Source: Eledone cirrhosa
Lineage: Eukaryota
Length of the DNA stretch: 64,000 nucleotides
Direction of reading: 5' to 3'
Assembly: GCA_964016885.1 (NCBI GenBank)
Contig: OZ024742.1
Span: forward strand, 188,480,001 to 188,544,000
Shown here: positions 26,569 to 41,761 of the stretch, piece after piece
Numbering within the stretch: position 1 is the stretch's first letter
How the letters are laid out: each line of letters starts with the position of its first letter
Program-made: the position numbers and the translations under genes
The notes under the pieces: model-generated
What the model saw: the letters and a program-made list of their open reading frames with translations, nothing else
Database searches by the model: none
Told to the model about the DNA's origin: nothing

Positions 26569-26664
26569 ATGTATGTATGTATGTATGTATGTATGTATGT
26601 ATGTATGTATGTATGTATGCATTTATGTACGTATATATATATATATCTATATATATATATATAC

Positions 26665-27032
26665 GTACATAAATGTAATGAGGTATAAACGTTTGTATAT
26701 GTATAATAAAGTCAAAACAATGCAGGTATGGACATAGAATAAATAATGGAAATGCAAAAGATATTGTTGACAATTAGTCTTTTACCTTCGATTTATTTAA
26801 ATGTCCTTAATTTTCGAGATAATATCTCTTCTTCGGAGGGAAGTAAAGCGGTTAAACCAGTTTTCTAAATAGTTTGCCAAGTCATGCTGACAGGAAATGG
26901 TATATATTAAGGACATTTAAATAAATCTAAGCTAAAAGACTAATTGTCAACAATATCTTTTGCATTTGCATTCTTTATTCTATGTCCATACCTACATTGT
27001 TTTGGCTTTAATATACATATACAAACGTTTAT
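26665..27032. mobile_element. Fold-back remnant, probably PLE
   Basis: Arms about 26682-26810 / 26907-27032; decayed HHR-like CCGAAGA-AGAGAT att ATCTC-GAAA on the minus strand. Confidence 0.65.
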
Positions 27033-27046
27033 ATATATATATATAC

Positions 27047-27111
27047 ACCCTAAACATTGAGTACTCTGGTGCGTTATGGTCCATCTGGTTCCTTACCACA
27101 ATTCATTTGTT
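27047..27111 (+). mobile_element. Solo about 65-bp PLE 3' tail stub
   Basis: Reverse complement of 19417-19481; contains TTGAGTACT. Confidence 0.8.
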
Positions 27112-27118
27112 ATATATA

Positions 27119-27682
27119 TATCAAGTAGAAATTGATTGACATATAAATAAACATATGAAACAATCACAGGGGATAATTTGTAAAAGTGCGTAAGCACACA
27201 TAGCTAGGTAGGTAACTAAATAAAGTTTAACTCAAAAATAGATACCTTACAAAATGATTAATCTTCCTTGTATATATTCCATTAAAGAAATATATTTCAC
27301 CAATCTTTATTGTTGAAAATTCAGGATCTGGCTACTGTCGTTTACCAATCGATTAATTGGCGAAATATATTTCTTTAATGTAATATATACAAGGAAGATT
27401 AATCATTTTGTAAGGTCACTACTTTTGAAGTTCTAGTTAAACTTCATTTAGTTACCTTCCTAGCTATGTGTTTTACAAATTATCCCCTGCTTACGCAGTT
27501 TTACAAATTATCCTCTGTGATTGTTTCATATGTTTATTTATATGTCAATCAATTTCTAGTTGATATAAAATGCTTGGATCTATTCATTAGAATCTTGGAG
27601 CATATTTTACGGGTGATATGGCGAATTGTCTATCCGGCATGACACCTTTAATTTAATTTAATTTAATTAATCTTAATTTTGG
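27119..27682. repeat. Fold-back element in (TA)n
   Basis: Arms about 27119-27298 / 27362-27566; right side about 115 nt longer. Confidence 0.75.
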
Positions 27683-27836
27683 ATATATATATATAGTGTA
27701 ACACAACATTAGTTCACCAAACCGAGAACAATTGTTTCACCTTAGCGGATCTTTAGCTCGTCCCATGGACTGAATGCCCTACCACTACGGATATTACCTT
27801 CCAGTGTTCTACCTCTCTCTCTTTATATATATATAT

Positions 27837-28029
27837 GGAAAAGAGTCAGGACCCCGACGGCTGAGTTCCGGCCGTTTCGACATCTTGATCCGGATGTAGC
27901 TGTCGAAACAGCCGGAGCTCAGCCGTCGGGGGTACTGACTCTTTTCCTATTACCCGCTCAACTACCCTAAGTATTGATTGCTCTGATGCTTTATGGTCTA
28001 CCTGGTATCTTACCATACCTTCTTTGTTA
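27837..28029. mobile_element. Fold-back remnant of the 52-54 kb Naiad pLTR family
   Basis: GGAAAAGAGTCAG..GTTTCGACA / TGTCGAAAC..CTGACTCTTTTCC arms plus tail. Confidence 0.85.
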
Positions 28030-28033
28030 TATA

Positions 28034-28069
<36 letters not shown>

Positions 28070-28073
28070 CATA

Positions 28074-28143
<70 letters not shown>

Positions 28144-29010
28144 TATGGAAAATGAATCGAAAATGCAACTGGAGACTTTTTGTGAATATTTATTTGTTTC
28201 CTTCACCGGTTTCACAATTCTTATGCTTTTCAAATGTAGAATTGAGATGGAAGGTTTGTGGTTTTTCTATACAGAATGTAACTCAGCGCATAATATTTTT
28301 CATAAAAGAACTCACCCACACGCAATCTAAACTACAATTAATTTACGAAAAAAATTGATTCCGTGAAATATTACATCGGCAAATGACGTTATCTCCCAGC
28401 TTCTCGTGAATAATAAATCAAACATCAGACAACACTTGAAAACGATTTATAAAATTTAAATCACAATATAATTCCAAAGAGAAGAAACCGGAACATTTTT
28501 CTCTGAGAGTTCCTTATACACCGAGGAAGGGAATTGTAAATCCCAAAACATTAGCACGAAAGAAACAAAAAAAAAAAAAAGAGGAAAACAAAGATTAAAT
28601 GTTAACCAACTTTTTCTTTCCTTTCATCTTACTCTCTATTTTGAATTGTTTAGCCTTATCAAATATACCACTTTCTACATTATGTATTATATACAATGCT
28701 TCAAGCAAACTACAAGATATTATTATATATATGTAAATCGAGTTTAAACGAGATATAACTAGATAGATATCAATTCAGAAGCTACTAGTATTTTGTGCAT
28801 ATTATTCAGAAGAAATGTGTAAATAAAGAGACATACTTCAACATGGTAGCTTACCCTATAGTCCCTTAGTCAAATCTATTTCTGGAAACCATAAATGTAA
28901 AAAAAAAAAAAGACGCAAACCATCGACGTTAGTAACTAGTATCAATCACCAATTATCGAACTCAGTAATAATCACCTTAAGACCATGATTTCCTTCATCA
29001 GCATGTTTCG

Positions 29011-29103
<93 letters not shown>

Positions 29104-29114
29104 CGAGAGAGAGA

Positions 29115-29283
29115 GTTATACTTGGAGAGGGCCTTATTGTTGTAATAATATTGCCAGAAATAATAACAGAACACACTCACTGTTTGGTTGGTTTTCGCTT
29201 CTGTATATTTTGTATATCTACAGTTAATTCATTTGGTCCTCAATGTTTATCATTGAGTGACCAACGGTGAAAAATACAGATAT
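29115..29283. repeat. Unclassified dispersed repeat (second copy at 37817-37905)
   Basis: GGAGAGGGCCTTATT..GCCAGAAATAATAACAGAACACACTCACTGTTTGGTTGG is shared between the loci. Confidence 0.7.
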
Positions 29284-29973
29284 AAATACATATATGTAGT
29301 CTAACAAAGTTCTTTCGTTGCACATCTGCAACATCATCAGTGGTAATATTATGTTCCTCCTGTTGTACTGTATGTCTACGCCATTTTTATTTTATCTTTT
29401 TATTTATTTATTTACTTTCGTCTTCTCTGCGCATGCGTTTGCGTGTGTGTATATAGTTTTTGGCGTGTGTGTTCGCGTTTGGGTGACTGTGTTTTGGTTA
29501 TTGTATTCTATCTTAGTTTACAAGTGTGTGTTTATATGTGTTTGTTGGTATTGTGCTTGTGTATATATATATTTATTCATTTATTTATTTATATTTCTCT
29601 TAAGCCAGTATTGTTTGTCTGGGTGTTGTTGCTATTCCATTCATTTTTTCTGTTTACCTTTGGCCTTCTAAGCTCTGTTTCGCTTGCCTCTCTGATTTGC
29701 CTACCTTCTGGGTAATTTCTATGTTTAGATATTATTTAAATTTCTATGTTGTCTATGTTACCGTCATTTTGTTGTCTGGCGTGTTCGTATAGTACTGAAC
29801 CTTTTTTTCGTGAAGCTATATTAATGATAGACACAAAAACAACCACAACGACAACGACAAAAACAAGAAACATAAAAATAAAAGTAACAACCACAACAAC
29901 AATACATCTAACAATCATACCAATAATAATAATGTTGATGGTAGGAACAACAACGACCATAATAGAAGTAAAA

Positions 29974-30065
<92 letters not shown>

Positions 30066-30690
30066 AGTTATATTTAAATTGTTGGGTTAACAACGAGTAA
30101 ATATTTATAACTGATATAAAAGCACTCAAAAAGTATTTGGAGTATATTTATGATATTAAATAAATGGAAACTATATTTATAAAACCATATTTATTTCGTT
30201 ATATATATTTCAGGGATATCATATTAACAATATGTTATGCCTTCTTCAGACAAAATACAATATAAACAGTCTTATAAATAAATAGATACGACATACCTTT
30301 CAATCACCTTGCATTTGGGAGGTTGATTTGGCAGTAAAAAATATTGTGGACAGTTGTAAAAAGAAAGATAGAAAGAAAGAAAGAAAGAGAAACGAAGAAA
30401 AAGAAGAAATGCATGTGACTAAATAGAGAGATATAGAAAGATAGATAAAGAGAAGAACTTCATGTAAAGAGACAGAGAGAAATATATATAGAGAGAGGAA
30501 AAAAAAGAGATAGATAGAGATAGATAGAGATAGATAGAGATAGAGATAGATAGAGATAGATAGAGATAGATAGAGAAACTAGGAAGTTGAGTATCGGTTG
30601 ATACATTTATTTATTTATTTATTTATTTATTTAGCTCTAGTATTATTTTGATACAGCAAATTAAAAATTAAAAAATTAAAAATTAAAAAC

Positions 30691-32240
30691 TTGAGTTGTT
30701 TACCTAACCTGAGCTTGTGGAAGGGAACTGGTGAGGTTGTTGAGTGGTTTAGGCAAATTAAATATAACAATAATAATAAGTTTATTCAACTTGATATTGC
30801 TAACTATTATTCTTCCATTACCCCTAATCTACTAAATAAGGCACTAAATTACGCATTCAAACATACAGACCTAACTAGCAATGAAATGCACATTATATTA
30901 TCGGCTAGGAAAACATTGATAGAATTTAATGACCAACTATGGACCCGAGCAGATAGAGATAACAATTTTGACATTACTATGGGATCATCCGACTCAGCTC
31001 AGGTAACTGACCTTGTGGGCTTATTTTTAATCAATTCGCTGCATAGGAAAATACCTGGTACTACCGGAGGTTTATATAGAGATGACATGCTTTTACTTAT
31101 TGATAATAATAACTCTGAACTAAATAGAAAAAGAAAACAAATTACACAATTTTTTAATCACTTTAATCTAAAAATAGAAATTGAGAATAACCATAGAATA
31201 GTCAACTTCCTAGATATAACATTAAATCTCAACACATGTCTTCACTATCCATTTCACAAGTTGAATGAAAACTTAAACTATGTCAGCTTTAACTCTAACC
31301 ACCCCAGATCTGTTAAAAATACTATAGTAAACTCTGTTCAATCACGTATCTCTAGAATCTCATCTAATAAAAAGATTTTCGACGAAAAAGCCCATTATTA
31401 CAATGAAGCGTTAGCTAGAGCAGGATATAGTGATAAAATTATGTACATAGATAATGATAAACAAATTAAACAAAATAACAACTATTTTAATTATCGCCAC
31501 AACCTTAACAACTATAATAGAAAGCATTACAATAATTCCAAAAGCCATAAAAGAAATAGAACTAGGAATATAATATGGTTTGCCCCCCCCCCCCTTTCTC
31601 ACTAAACATTAAAACCCACATTGCTAAACTATTTTTTAAAGCTCTCGATAATCGCTTCCCTAGAACACATAGGTATCACTCAATTTTCAATAGGCATACT
31701 ATAAAACTAACCTACTCATCCACCAAAAATTTAGCGCAAAATATTAATAGAATAAATAACAGGAACTTAAAACCTAGCGATAATAGCATAAATAATATCC
31801 AAGTTAACAAATGTAACTGTAGAGATAGATCTAAATGTCCTTTAAATAACAACTGCTTAGTTAAAAATATAATATACAACTGTAATGTTAAAACGGACGT
31901 TAATTCTTTTAACTACGTTGGTTCTACATCGACGGAATTTAAACTTCGCTATAACAACCACAATAATTATTTCACAGATCCATCCAAAAAATCTTCAACA
32001 GCACTATCAGGCGTACTCTGGCAACTTAGGCATGATAACGTTAGATATTCGACGACTTGGAATATAGTTTCAAGGGGGATTCCTTTTAATTCATCCTCTG
32101 AGACATGTGACCTCTGTGCGGAGGAGATATTCTTTATACTAAAATCTAAAAATTCCCTTAATCTACGGACAAATTTATTCAGTTGCTGCAGACATAGATT
32201 GAACTCAACGGTTAAATATAAATTTAAATTTAAAATGTAG
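30691..32240 (+). pseudogene. PLE RT (C-terminal part) + GIY-YIG endonuclease, one frameshift
   Basis: DIANYYSSI, MGSSDSAQV.DL.GL, GLYRDD, VNFLDI, IIWF.PP, CNC-x5-CPL-x3-C, IIY..YVG, FK.RY.NH, C.LC.EE, CRH; frameshift in the C12 run at 31583-31594. Confidence 0.92.
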
Positions 32241-33222
32241 TTATGTTTGATTTGATTTGTAATTATTTATGAAACTAGCCGATAAATCTTTCGATTTCTT
32301 CTTTGTATTAAAACATTCTTTTTATTAAAACATTCTTCATGAATAATTAAACTACCCTAAAAGCTGATGCTCCAAATATATAGAATTAAATTTTACACTA
32401 GATAAACTTCTATATTAAATATTAGAACATATATAGACCAAATGGGTATCCTAAACTTTTGGAATGATTTCTGCTAGACAGGATTTGGTAAACAATTTTT
32501 GTTTTATCTGTTTCGACTCTGATGCTTATGATGAACTTGGCAATATATTGTCAATTAACTTTGAAAGGCTGATCTCTGTGGCCGATTTGCGTGGCATACT
32601 AGGTTTATTTTTATTATCTTTTAATATTTTATAATATTTTTTATTTTTAATATTAAATGTTTTAGTTTTCTGTTTATTTATTTATTTTCTTGTCTCTGAT
32701 ATTTTTATTTTTATTTTTATTTTTATTTATTTTTATTCTTATTTTTATTTTTATTAATATAGTGAAATCTGTTCTCTATTTCTGCTTGATCGACAATCAT
32801 GTAGAGTAAAGACAAGAATAGTATTGTTAAAATTAATATAGACTCTATATATATGTGTATATATACACACATATATGTATACTTGAATTTTTATAGCACA
32901 ATGAGAATGTTTTCGTGTGAATTGGGAGTTTGTTTATAATTATGATATAAACATATGAATTTTTAAAAACTAGACATAAGATCATTACTTTTCACACATT
33001 ATAGATACATGTCTCATTCATGAATACTGATATTTACATTATAATGCCTGTTTTATACGAACAAATATTTTCTACGGGATAAAACATAGCGTTTTTAAAT
33101 CCTGCCTCGTTTATGTCTGGTTATTTTTCATTTTCTCTTTTTCATTTTCTCTTTTTTCTCTCTATATAACGGCTATTTTCTCTCTTAACTACTTACATCT
33201 CTCTTTACATTAATACTAGAGC

Positions 33223-33253
<31 letters not shown>

Positions 33254-33560
33254 ATGTATCAACCGATACTCAACTTCCTAGTTTCTCTATCTATCTCTAT
33301 CTATCTCTTTTTTTTCCTCTCTCTATATATATTTCTCTCTGTCTCTTTACATGAAGTTCTTCTCTTTATCTATCTTTCTATATCTCTCTATTTAGTCACA
33401 TGCATTTCTTCTTTTTCTTCGTTTCTCTTTCTTTCTTTCTTTCTTTCTATCTTTCTTTTTACAACTGTCCACAATATTTTTTACTGCCAAATCAACCTCC
33501 CAAATGCAAGGTGATTGAAAGGTATGTCGTATCTATTTATTTATAAGACTGTTTATATTG

Positions 33561-33626
33561 TATTTTGTCTGAAGAAGGCATAACATATTGTTAATATGAT
33601 ATCCCTGAAATATATATAACGAAATA
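33561..33626 (+). ncRNA. Type I hammerhead ribozyme (mirror copy at 30192-30257, minus)
   Basis: TATTTTGT-CTGAAGA-AGGCATAACATATT/AATATGATATCCCT-GAAA-TATATATA-ACGAAATA. Confidence 0.88.
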
Positions 33627-33663
33627 AATATGGTTTTATAAATATAGTTTCCATTTATTTAAT

Positions 33664-33698
<35 letters not shown>

Positions 33699-33703
<5 letters not shown>

Positions 33704-33997
33704 AATAAGATAACAAGGACGATTGGTTACTTCTCCATTACGTTTATTGGTTGGTGACGCACGTTTCGCCACTGATCAGCTCAAGGTTCGATCTGTATCG
33801 ATCTGACACGACTCTGCTGATCAGTGGCGAAACGTGCGTCACCAACCACTAAACGTAAGGAAGGAGTAACCAATCGTCATTTTTATCTTATTTCACTATA
33901 ATACACACTGTCTAGCTCTATGCCTCGACACTGAAGTGAACCTAAACATCGAGTGCTCACCCGGATGAACCTACAGTAACTCCAAATTACACTCGCT

Positions 33998-33999
<2 letters not shown>
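33699..33999. mobile_element. Fold-back PLE remnant with 3' half of an HHR
   Basis: Arms 33699-33780 / 33816-33897; GAAA-CGTGCG-TC; about 100-nt extra tail; relatives near 16810-16915 and 37050-37192. Confidence 0.78.
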
Positions 34000-34079
<80 letters not shown>

Positions 34080-34250
34080 ATGAAAAAGGTAAACAGAAAT
34101 AACAACACAATCGGTACAGTATATGGAATGGATATATTAGGTTAACGCTTGATATATCAGGAAGAGGGTCCTAGCCAACTGCACAAAATTAGTCATCATC
34201 AACGCAAGGAGGATCTTTGAAATGTTCTCCATATGATGTTAAAATAACGG

Positions 34251-34478
34251 TTAACCCTTTTGCATTTAAATCTGCCATATCCGGCCAGAATTCTCTTACC
34301 TCATTTTATCCAAACCGGCTGTAACCGGCCACTCATACTGATGTTAATTTATTGTTCTCAAATGAATGATATCAAAATATCACAGATTTGATATTATGTG
34401 AGATAATTATGTGAAGTAAAGCCATTACCGTGAAAATATAATAGCAAATATAGAGTAACATAAATGCTAAAGCCTTAA
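34251..34478. mobile_element. piggyBac-type MITE
   Basis: TTAA|CCCTTTTGCATTTA ... TAAATGCTAAAGCC|TTAA: imperfect TIRs with TTAA duplication. Confidence 0.7.
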
Positions 34479-34556
34479 CAAATGTGCAGACATTACAGCT
34501 TTTTAATTGAGATTATCGATATGAATTTTGCATACGTATAAATTAAGCCTAAAATA

Positions 34557-34630
<74 letters not shown>

Positions 34631-35014
34631 AAATATCCATGGGTTTAGAGCTCTCAGTCCATGCGGTGAAGTGATATTTAATCAGGTAAAACCAATATAT
34701 ATATATATTGTTCTCTGCAAGTGTGGTTGTAATCACAAAGAAAGGGCGCTCAGTAAGTATATATTGTGGTAAATATACTTGTATATTGTATAAAATATGC
34801 AAACTGACATATACCTTGCTAGGTACTCCGAGTTTTCCGAAGCATGCACGTCTACCATAAATACACACGGGTGTGTATGATTGTGTATAGAAGATTATAT
34901 TAATAAAAGGAATTCCAACTTTGTCTGATTTACTCGTTTTATTTACAATCCTTTAAAATTATAATGATATTATAATGAAATAGTATGGTAGAGTATTACA
35001 TGTTAAGTGTTAAT

Positions 35015-35053
35015 TGAACAAGTACTTTCATGCTTTCGCAATCTTCAGGTTCA
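35015..35053 (-). ncRNA. Minimal 39-nt type I hammerhead ribozyme
   Basis: TGAAC-CTGAAGA-TTGC gaaa GCAT-GAAA-GTAC-TT-GTTCA. Confidence 0.75.
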
Positions 35054-35089
35054 CATTCTGTGGTGACAGTCAAGTTTGCAATTTTCAAC

Positions 35090-35416
35090 TATATGATTTG
35101 ATATATGACATACCGTTACCGTCTTGATTATTCAATTGCCAATACTGATTGCCAATACTGGAATTGAATAATCAAGACCGTAGCGGTATGTCATATATCA
35201 AATCATATATTTTGTCTGATGAGAACGTACTGAATAAACAACACAGTACCTTTGAAATATATATAATAAATTACATATTTTGATTCTGAGAATATCTATC
35301 ATTTGTTAATATTTTGAATAATATTAAAAATTCCAGGAAAACTTACAAGTTGAGTGCTTCTAATCTATTGTAAAATTGTACTCATTGAGTAATCAACGAA
35401 CCATACTAATTTTTGG

Positions 35417-35417
<1 letters not shown>
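35090..35417 (+). mobile_element. Fold-back PLE remnant with HHR at 35211-35270
   Basis: TTTGT-CTGATGA-GAACGTACTG/CAGTACCTTT-GAAA-TATATATA-ATAAA; sister of 38818-39300. Confidence 0.82.
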
Positions 35418-35492
<75 letters not shown>

Positions 35493-36618
35493 ATGTGTTT
35501 GAAAAAGTTCTTATACAGTCATACATACATTCACATGAGTGTGAGTGCAAAGAAATAGAGTTAGAAGGAGTGGTATGCAGGCGAACCGTATAAAAATAGG
35601 TAGCTGTATTAAAAGTAAGTTGACATATAGATTGCGAAATAGAAAGATGGTGAGTTGTATGTAGGTAGTGCAAGAGAGTAAAGTTTCGAAATGCTTATGA
35701 GAGAGAGGAAGGAGAACGATAGATAGACAGAGTGAAAGACAGAGATGAGAGATACGATGTAAGAAAGAGACAAAGTGAGTTAGAGAGAAAGAGAGATTGG
35801 GAGGGGGTCAGAAAGAGTAGAAGTCTATATGTGTTAGAAAAAGAGAGAGTGAGAAATAGAGAAGATTATATCAACGCGGAGAAGCTTAGGTGTGGGCTTT
35901 CATGTAATCCTGAAGTTGTACCTTCTTTTTATACATTCTCTCTCGGTTCTAGTTTCCTTCTTCCGTTCACTTCCTGTCGCGCTATTTCTTCTGTAATGTA
36001 TCGTCTGAATTATATATTTTTGTATCCATCTTATTGGTTTCTTATTTTTTGACATTTTTTTTACAACATGCTACTCTCGGCTGTCTTTGAGATTAGAGTT
36101 CCGTATATTTCTTGGTCTTTGTGTTAGATTAGAGTTGTGTTGATGTAATTTATATTATGTAGTAGTAGTAGTAGCAGTTGTGTTAAGATGATAATAATAA
36201 GGCCTCCGTCAGTTTCGTCGAAGCTTTATAGACCGTTCCATTAACTGAAACTCTAACAATTGAATTATAGTGTGGTTCAATATTACACTAACATGTGTAC
36301 CTTAAATATAACTTTCAACCCGAATCAATGTGGCAGAATATCTGACATTGCGAAAGGAGTACTAGCACTGAAATATATTAAAATATACTGGCTAAAATGA
36401 AAAAAAACAACATTACTTTGATTCATTTGTCATCCTTTTTCCTTGAGATATAATATCTACCACATTGTATCGCCTTCTGAAGTCCTTATTTTAACTATTA
36501 AACACACACACCTATCTCTCTATACATGAGTCCCCGGTGCTACAGGGTGTAAACACAGTTATTAAGGTATTCAATACAGTAGTAGAAAAAACATAAATTT
36601 TAATATTTCTATATCAAA

Positions 36619-36662
<44 letters not shown>

Positions 36663-36664
<2 letters not shown>

Positions 36665-36874
36665 CACAAGAAAGGTTTGGTAAGATAACAGATGGACAAT
36701 AACGCACCAGACTACTCAATGCTTAGGGTAGTGAAGTGGGTAATAGGAAAAGAGTCAGGACCCCGACGGCTGAGCTCCAGCCGTTTCGACAGCTAGATCC
36801 GAACTATATATTGAGTTCGGATCCAGCCGTCGAAACGGCCGGTGCTCAGCTATCGGTGTTCAAACTCTTTTCCA
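36663..36874. mobile_element. Fold-back remnant of the 52-54 kb Naiad pLTR family
   Basis: Left arm with the full tail, hairpin centre GATCCGAACT..AGTTCGGATC, shorter right arm. Confidence 0.85.
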
Positions 36875-36952
36875 ATATATGATATATATATATAGTGTGT
36901 GTGTGTGCGTGTTTATACATATATATGTGTGTGAGTGTGTGTATGTATGTAT

Positions 36953-37052
<100 letters not shown>

Positions 37053-37189
37053 TAAAGGGTCCGTCGAGCTGCCGATTATTGAGTTGGGTAAGATCGATAC
37101 AGATCAAACCTTCTGCTGATCAGTGGAGGAACATGCATCACCTAAAAATAAATGTAATGAAGGAGTAACCAATCGTCCTAGTTACCCTT

Positions 37190-37227
<38 letters not shown>

Positions 37228-37230
<3 letters not shown>

Positions 37231-37398
37231 TGTAAATGTGGTTGGTGTTAGGAAGGGCATCCAACTGTAGAAAACCCGCCAGACAGTCCTATGCGAGCAA
37301 GACAACCACTCTTGCCTCAAGTGGGAAAACCCCCGTCCAAACCCATGCAAGCGTGGAACACGGACGCTAAACCTGATGATGATGATGATGATGATGAT
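37228..37398 (+). mobile_element. 3' half of a SINE with (GAT)n tail
   Basis: GGTTGGTGTTAGGAAGGGCATCCA block and CCGTCCAAACCCATGCAAGCGTGGAACACGGACG hairpin before (GAT)n. Confidence 0.72.
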
Positions 37399-37405
37399 AT
37401 ATATA

Positions 37406-37548
<143 letters not shown>

Positions 37549-37712
37549 TACACTCTAAATATAGCAATGGTTTAAAACCCGAGAAAACTAATGGGAAAGA
37601 AACAACAGTTTTAATAAAACACAAATCATATCCGCTAGAACATGCTTTAAGTGTCGTCTTCCTCAGTCTAGGTTCATAAAATGTTATGTTTAAAGACGCA
37701 CAAACAGACATC

Positions 37713-37792
<80 letters not shown>

Positions 37793-38327
37793 GATATATA
37801 TAAGTATATATATATTGTTATATTTGGGGAGGGTCTTATTTGTGTAATATTGCCAGAATTAATAACAGAACCCACTCACTGTTTGGTTGGTTTTTCGCTT
37901 ATACAGCAGTATATATATATATATATATAAGTATGTATACGTACATACATATATGTATACAGACGTACAGTAGTATGTATATATATATACATATAAGCAT
38001 ACATATATATATATGTACGTATGGATTTTTCCGTTTATCGATTTCGGTGCGCCCGGCCGATTAACTCACTCGATATGCAAATTAGGCTGCTCAGCCGTTA
38101 ATATGCATAAGGAAAGTATATAATTTCAGACGTTCAATCATCTGGCAGGAAGTTATACGGTGCTGACGATAGCTAATAAGATTGAAACTAGTACATCGTT
38201 CCTTTGTCAGTGTTGAACAAAAGGGCAACTATGGTTCTAAACACTGTACGGTTTAATTCGGGATGTTTTTTTACAAACAAACCTAACATTATATAAATGC
38301 TGGGTAAATCCATACGTACACACACAC

Positions 38328-38422
<95 letters not shown>

Positions 38423-38817
38423 GTATATATGGTGGAGTCAATCATATACATCATGAGTTTTTACCGGAAATCGGAAGAATTTCTGGGCGTAGTGCAAAGA
38501 AAAAAATGTTTAGATTTGATGCATTACACCTACTATTTATTTACCCGTAAAATTATAGCCAACTCTCATCGACACCCCCCCCTCCCCCAAATCACCGCTG
38601 CTCTCTTACACCTTATGTGTTCAGAATATTTCATTCAGTTACTTCTCTTTGAGTTAGTTCCGGCCTCTGTCTTACGTTAAAATATGGTTTGTATACACGT
38701 ATACACACAAACAATTAATACACTCACACATATATATCTATTGTGAGATATATTTGCACACACACACACAAAGACACACACTCACACACACATGAATATA
38801 TATATATATATATATAA

Positions 38818-39299
38818 TAGTATTCAGAATATTAACAAATGAAAAATATTCTCAGAATCAAAATACGTAATTTATTATATATATTTCAAAGGTACTGTGT
38901 TGTTTTTTCAGTACGTCCTTATCAGATACAATATATGATTTGATATATAACATACCGCTACGGTCTTGATTATTCAATTCCAGTATTGGCAGAATTATTC
39001 AATTCTATTATTGTCTGCCAATACTGGAATTGAATAATCAGGACCGTAACGGTATGTCATATATCAAATCATATATCTTATCTGATGAGGACGTACTGAA
39101 AAAACAACACAGTACCTTTGAAATATATATAATAAAGTATATATTTTGATTATGAGAATATTTTTCATTTATTATTATTTTGAATAATATTAAACACTCC
39201 AGGAAAACTTTACAGTCGACTGCTTTTAATCTATTGTAAAATTGTATTCATTGAGTAATCAACGAATCATACTAATCTTTGGTTATATATAATCTTTGG

Positions 39300-39300
<1 letters not shown>
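38818..39300. mobile_element. Fold-back PLE remnant with HHR at 39078-39135 (+) and mirror copy near 38872-38930 (-)
   Basis: About 175-bp arms; right arm about 110 nt longer; CTGATGA-GGACGTACTG/CAGTACCTTT-GAAA-TATATATA. Confidence 0.85.
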
Positions 39301-40140
<840 letters not shown>

Positions 40141-40615
40141 TGTGTGTGGATGGAGAGAGAGATGGAGTACAGATATGTATCTTCATGATTGTGTGTATAT
40201 GTGTTTGATGGAGTTAGTGTGAACATGCGTATTATATCATTGCAGAATCGGTTTGAGTAATGAGTTTATCGAGTAAATCGTACAGAAAAGACAGGAGCAA
40301 GGAAAAGACTGAGAGATGAAGCTAAGCAAAATCTGTCTCCAAAACCTGATACAGACACTTACATTAGTGATAAACTACTCCGTTTCCGTCCCTTTTAACG
40401 CATATATTCCTATTCTATTCCTTTCATCTATATTATTATATTATTATTTGTGTGTATTTTTTTATGATGTTTTGGAGCATAATTCTTGTTCCTTTGCTTT
40501 TATTTTTCCTAATTTTGTAAGAATTCTCTATACTCCCGCAGTACAGATTTTGTCAAGTGTCTTATTTTCGATAATACACACTAAGTTACAAGCACGCACA
40601 CATTGCAAAAAATAT

Positions 40616-40684
<69 letters not shown>

Positions 40685-40751
40685 TATACATATATATATT
40701 TATATATATATATTATATGTATGTATATAAGTATATATATATACATATATA

Positions 40752-40811
<60 letters not shown>

Positions 40812-40850
40812 TATATAAGTGGACTACCTACAACACTAATTTGTTATCCC

Positions 40851-40947
<97 letters not shown>

Positions 40948-40984
40948 TGTATACATATATGTATTTATATATATATATATATAT

Positions 40985-41081
<97 letters not shown>

Positions 41082-41226
41082 GGGATAACAAATTATTGTT
41101 ATAGGTAGTCCACTTAGATGTAGTCCAGTCAGGGTACACCGAGTAGTGGATAGTATTAACGCTTGGCTAAGTTTCACTCAACAAGTCGTTTCCGTAGTGA
41201 TGCTGCGAGTACGTGGTGATTTCTAT

Positions 41227-41357
41227 GTAGTTATCTCTAGGGATACGGGAATCAGGAGACAGGACCTGGGGGCAGCGATGGGGGACAGGGAATTCTGGAG
41301 TATGAGAGTGAGATCCATCATGTCGACAGTAGTCGACGAGTGATGATGATGATGATG
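41227..41357 (+). mobile_element. 3' end of an RTE-like LINE
   Basis: ISRDTG....L..AM.DR..W...V C-terminal motif ending in a (TGA)n tail. Confidence 0.7.
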
Positions 41358-41461
41358 TAGTTTACACTTGAAGTAATAATAAACCAAGAAGGAAGAGTGA
41401 CATGGGTTGCTATACAATAAGGGCTTTAATGTATAGCAAACCATTTCACTCTTCTTTCTTG

Positions 41462-41525
<64 letters not shown>

Positions 41526-41580
41526 ATTATATATATGTGTATATATATGCATATATATATATGTATGTATATATATATAT

Positions 41581-41627
<47 letters not shown>

Positions 41628-41646
41628 AACACACATACACACATAT

Positions 41647-41695
<49 letters not shown>

Positions 41696-41713
41696 ACACA
41701 CATACGCACATAT

Positions 41714-41761
<48 letters not shown>

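Larger units (their letters stand above)
30062..33669 (+). mobile_element. 5'-truncated Penelope-like retroelement (Naiad-type) with inverted 5' pLTR copy
   Basis: 30150-30644 is the reverse complement of 33211-33669; RT + GIY-YIG body; HHR in pLTR; (TA)n on both sides. Confidence 0.92.

Noticed and set aside
30062-33669. DNA transposon with long TIRs
   Set aside because: The interior encodes RT and GIY-YIG rather than a transposase; the arms are unequal and contain an HHR.
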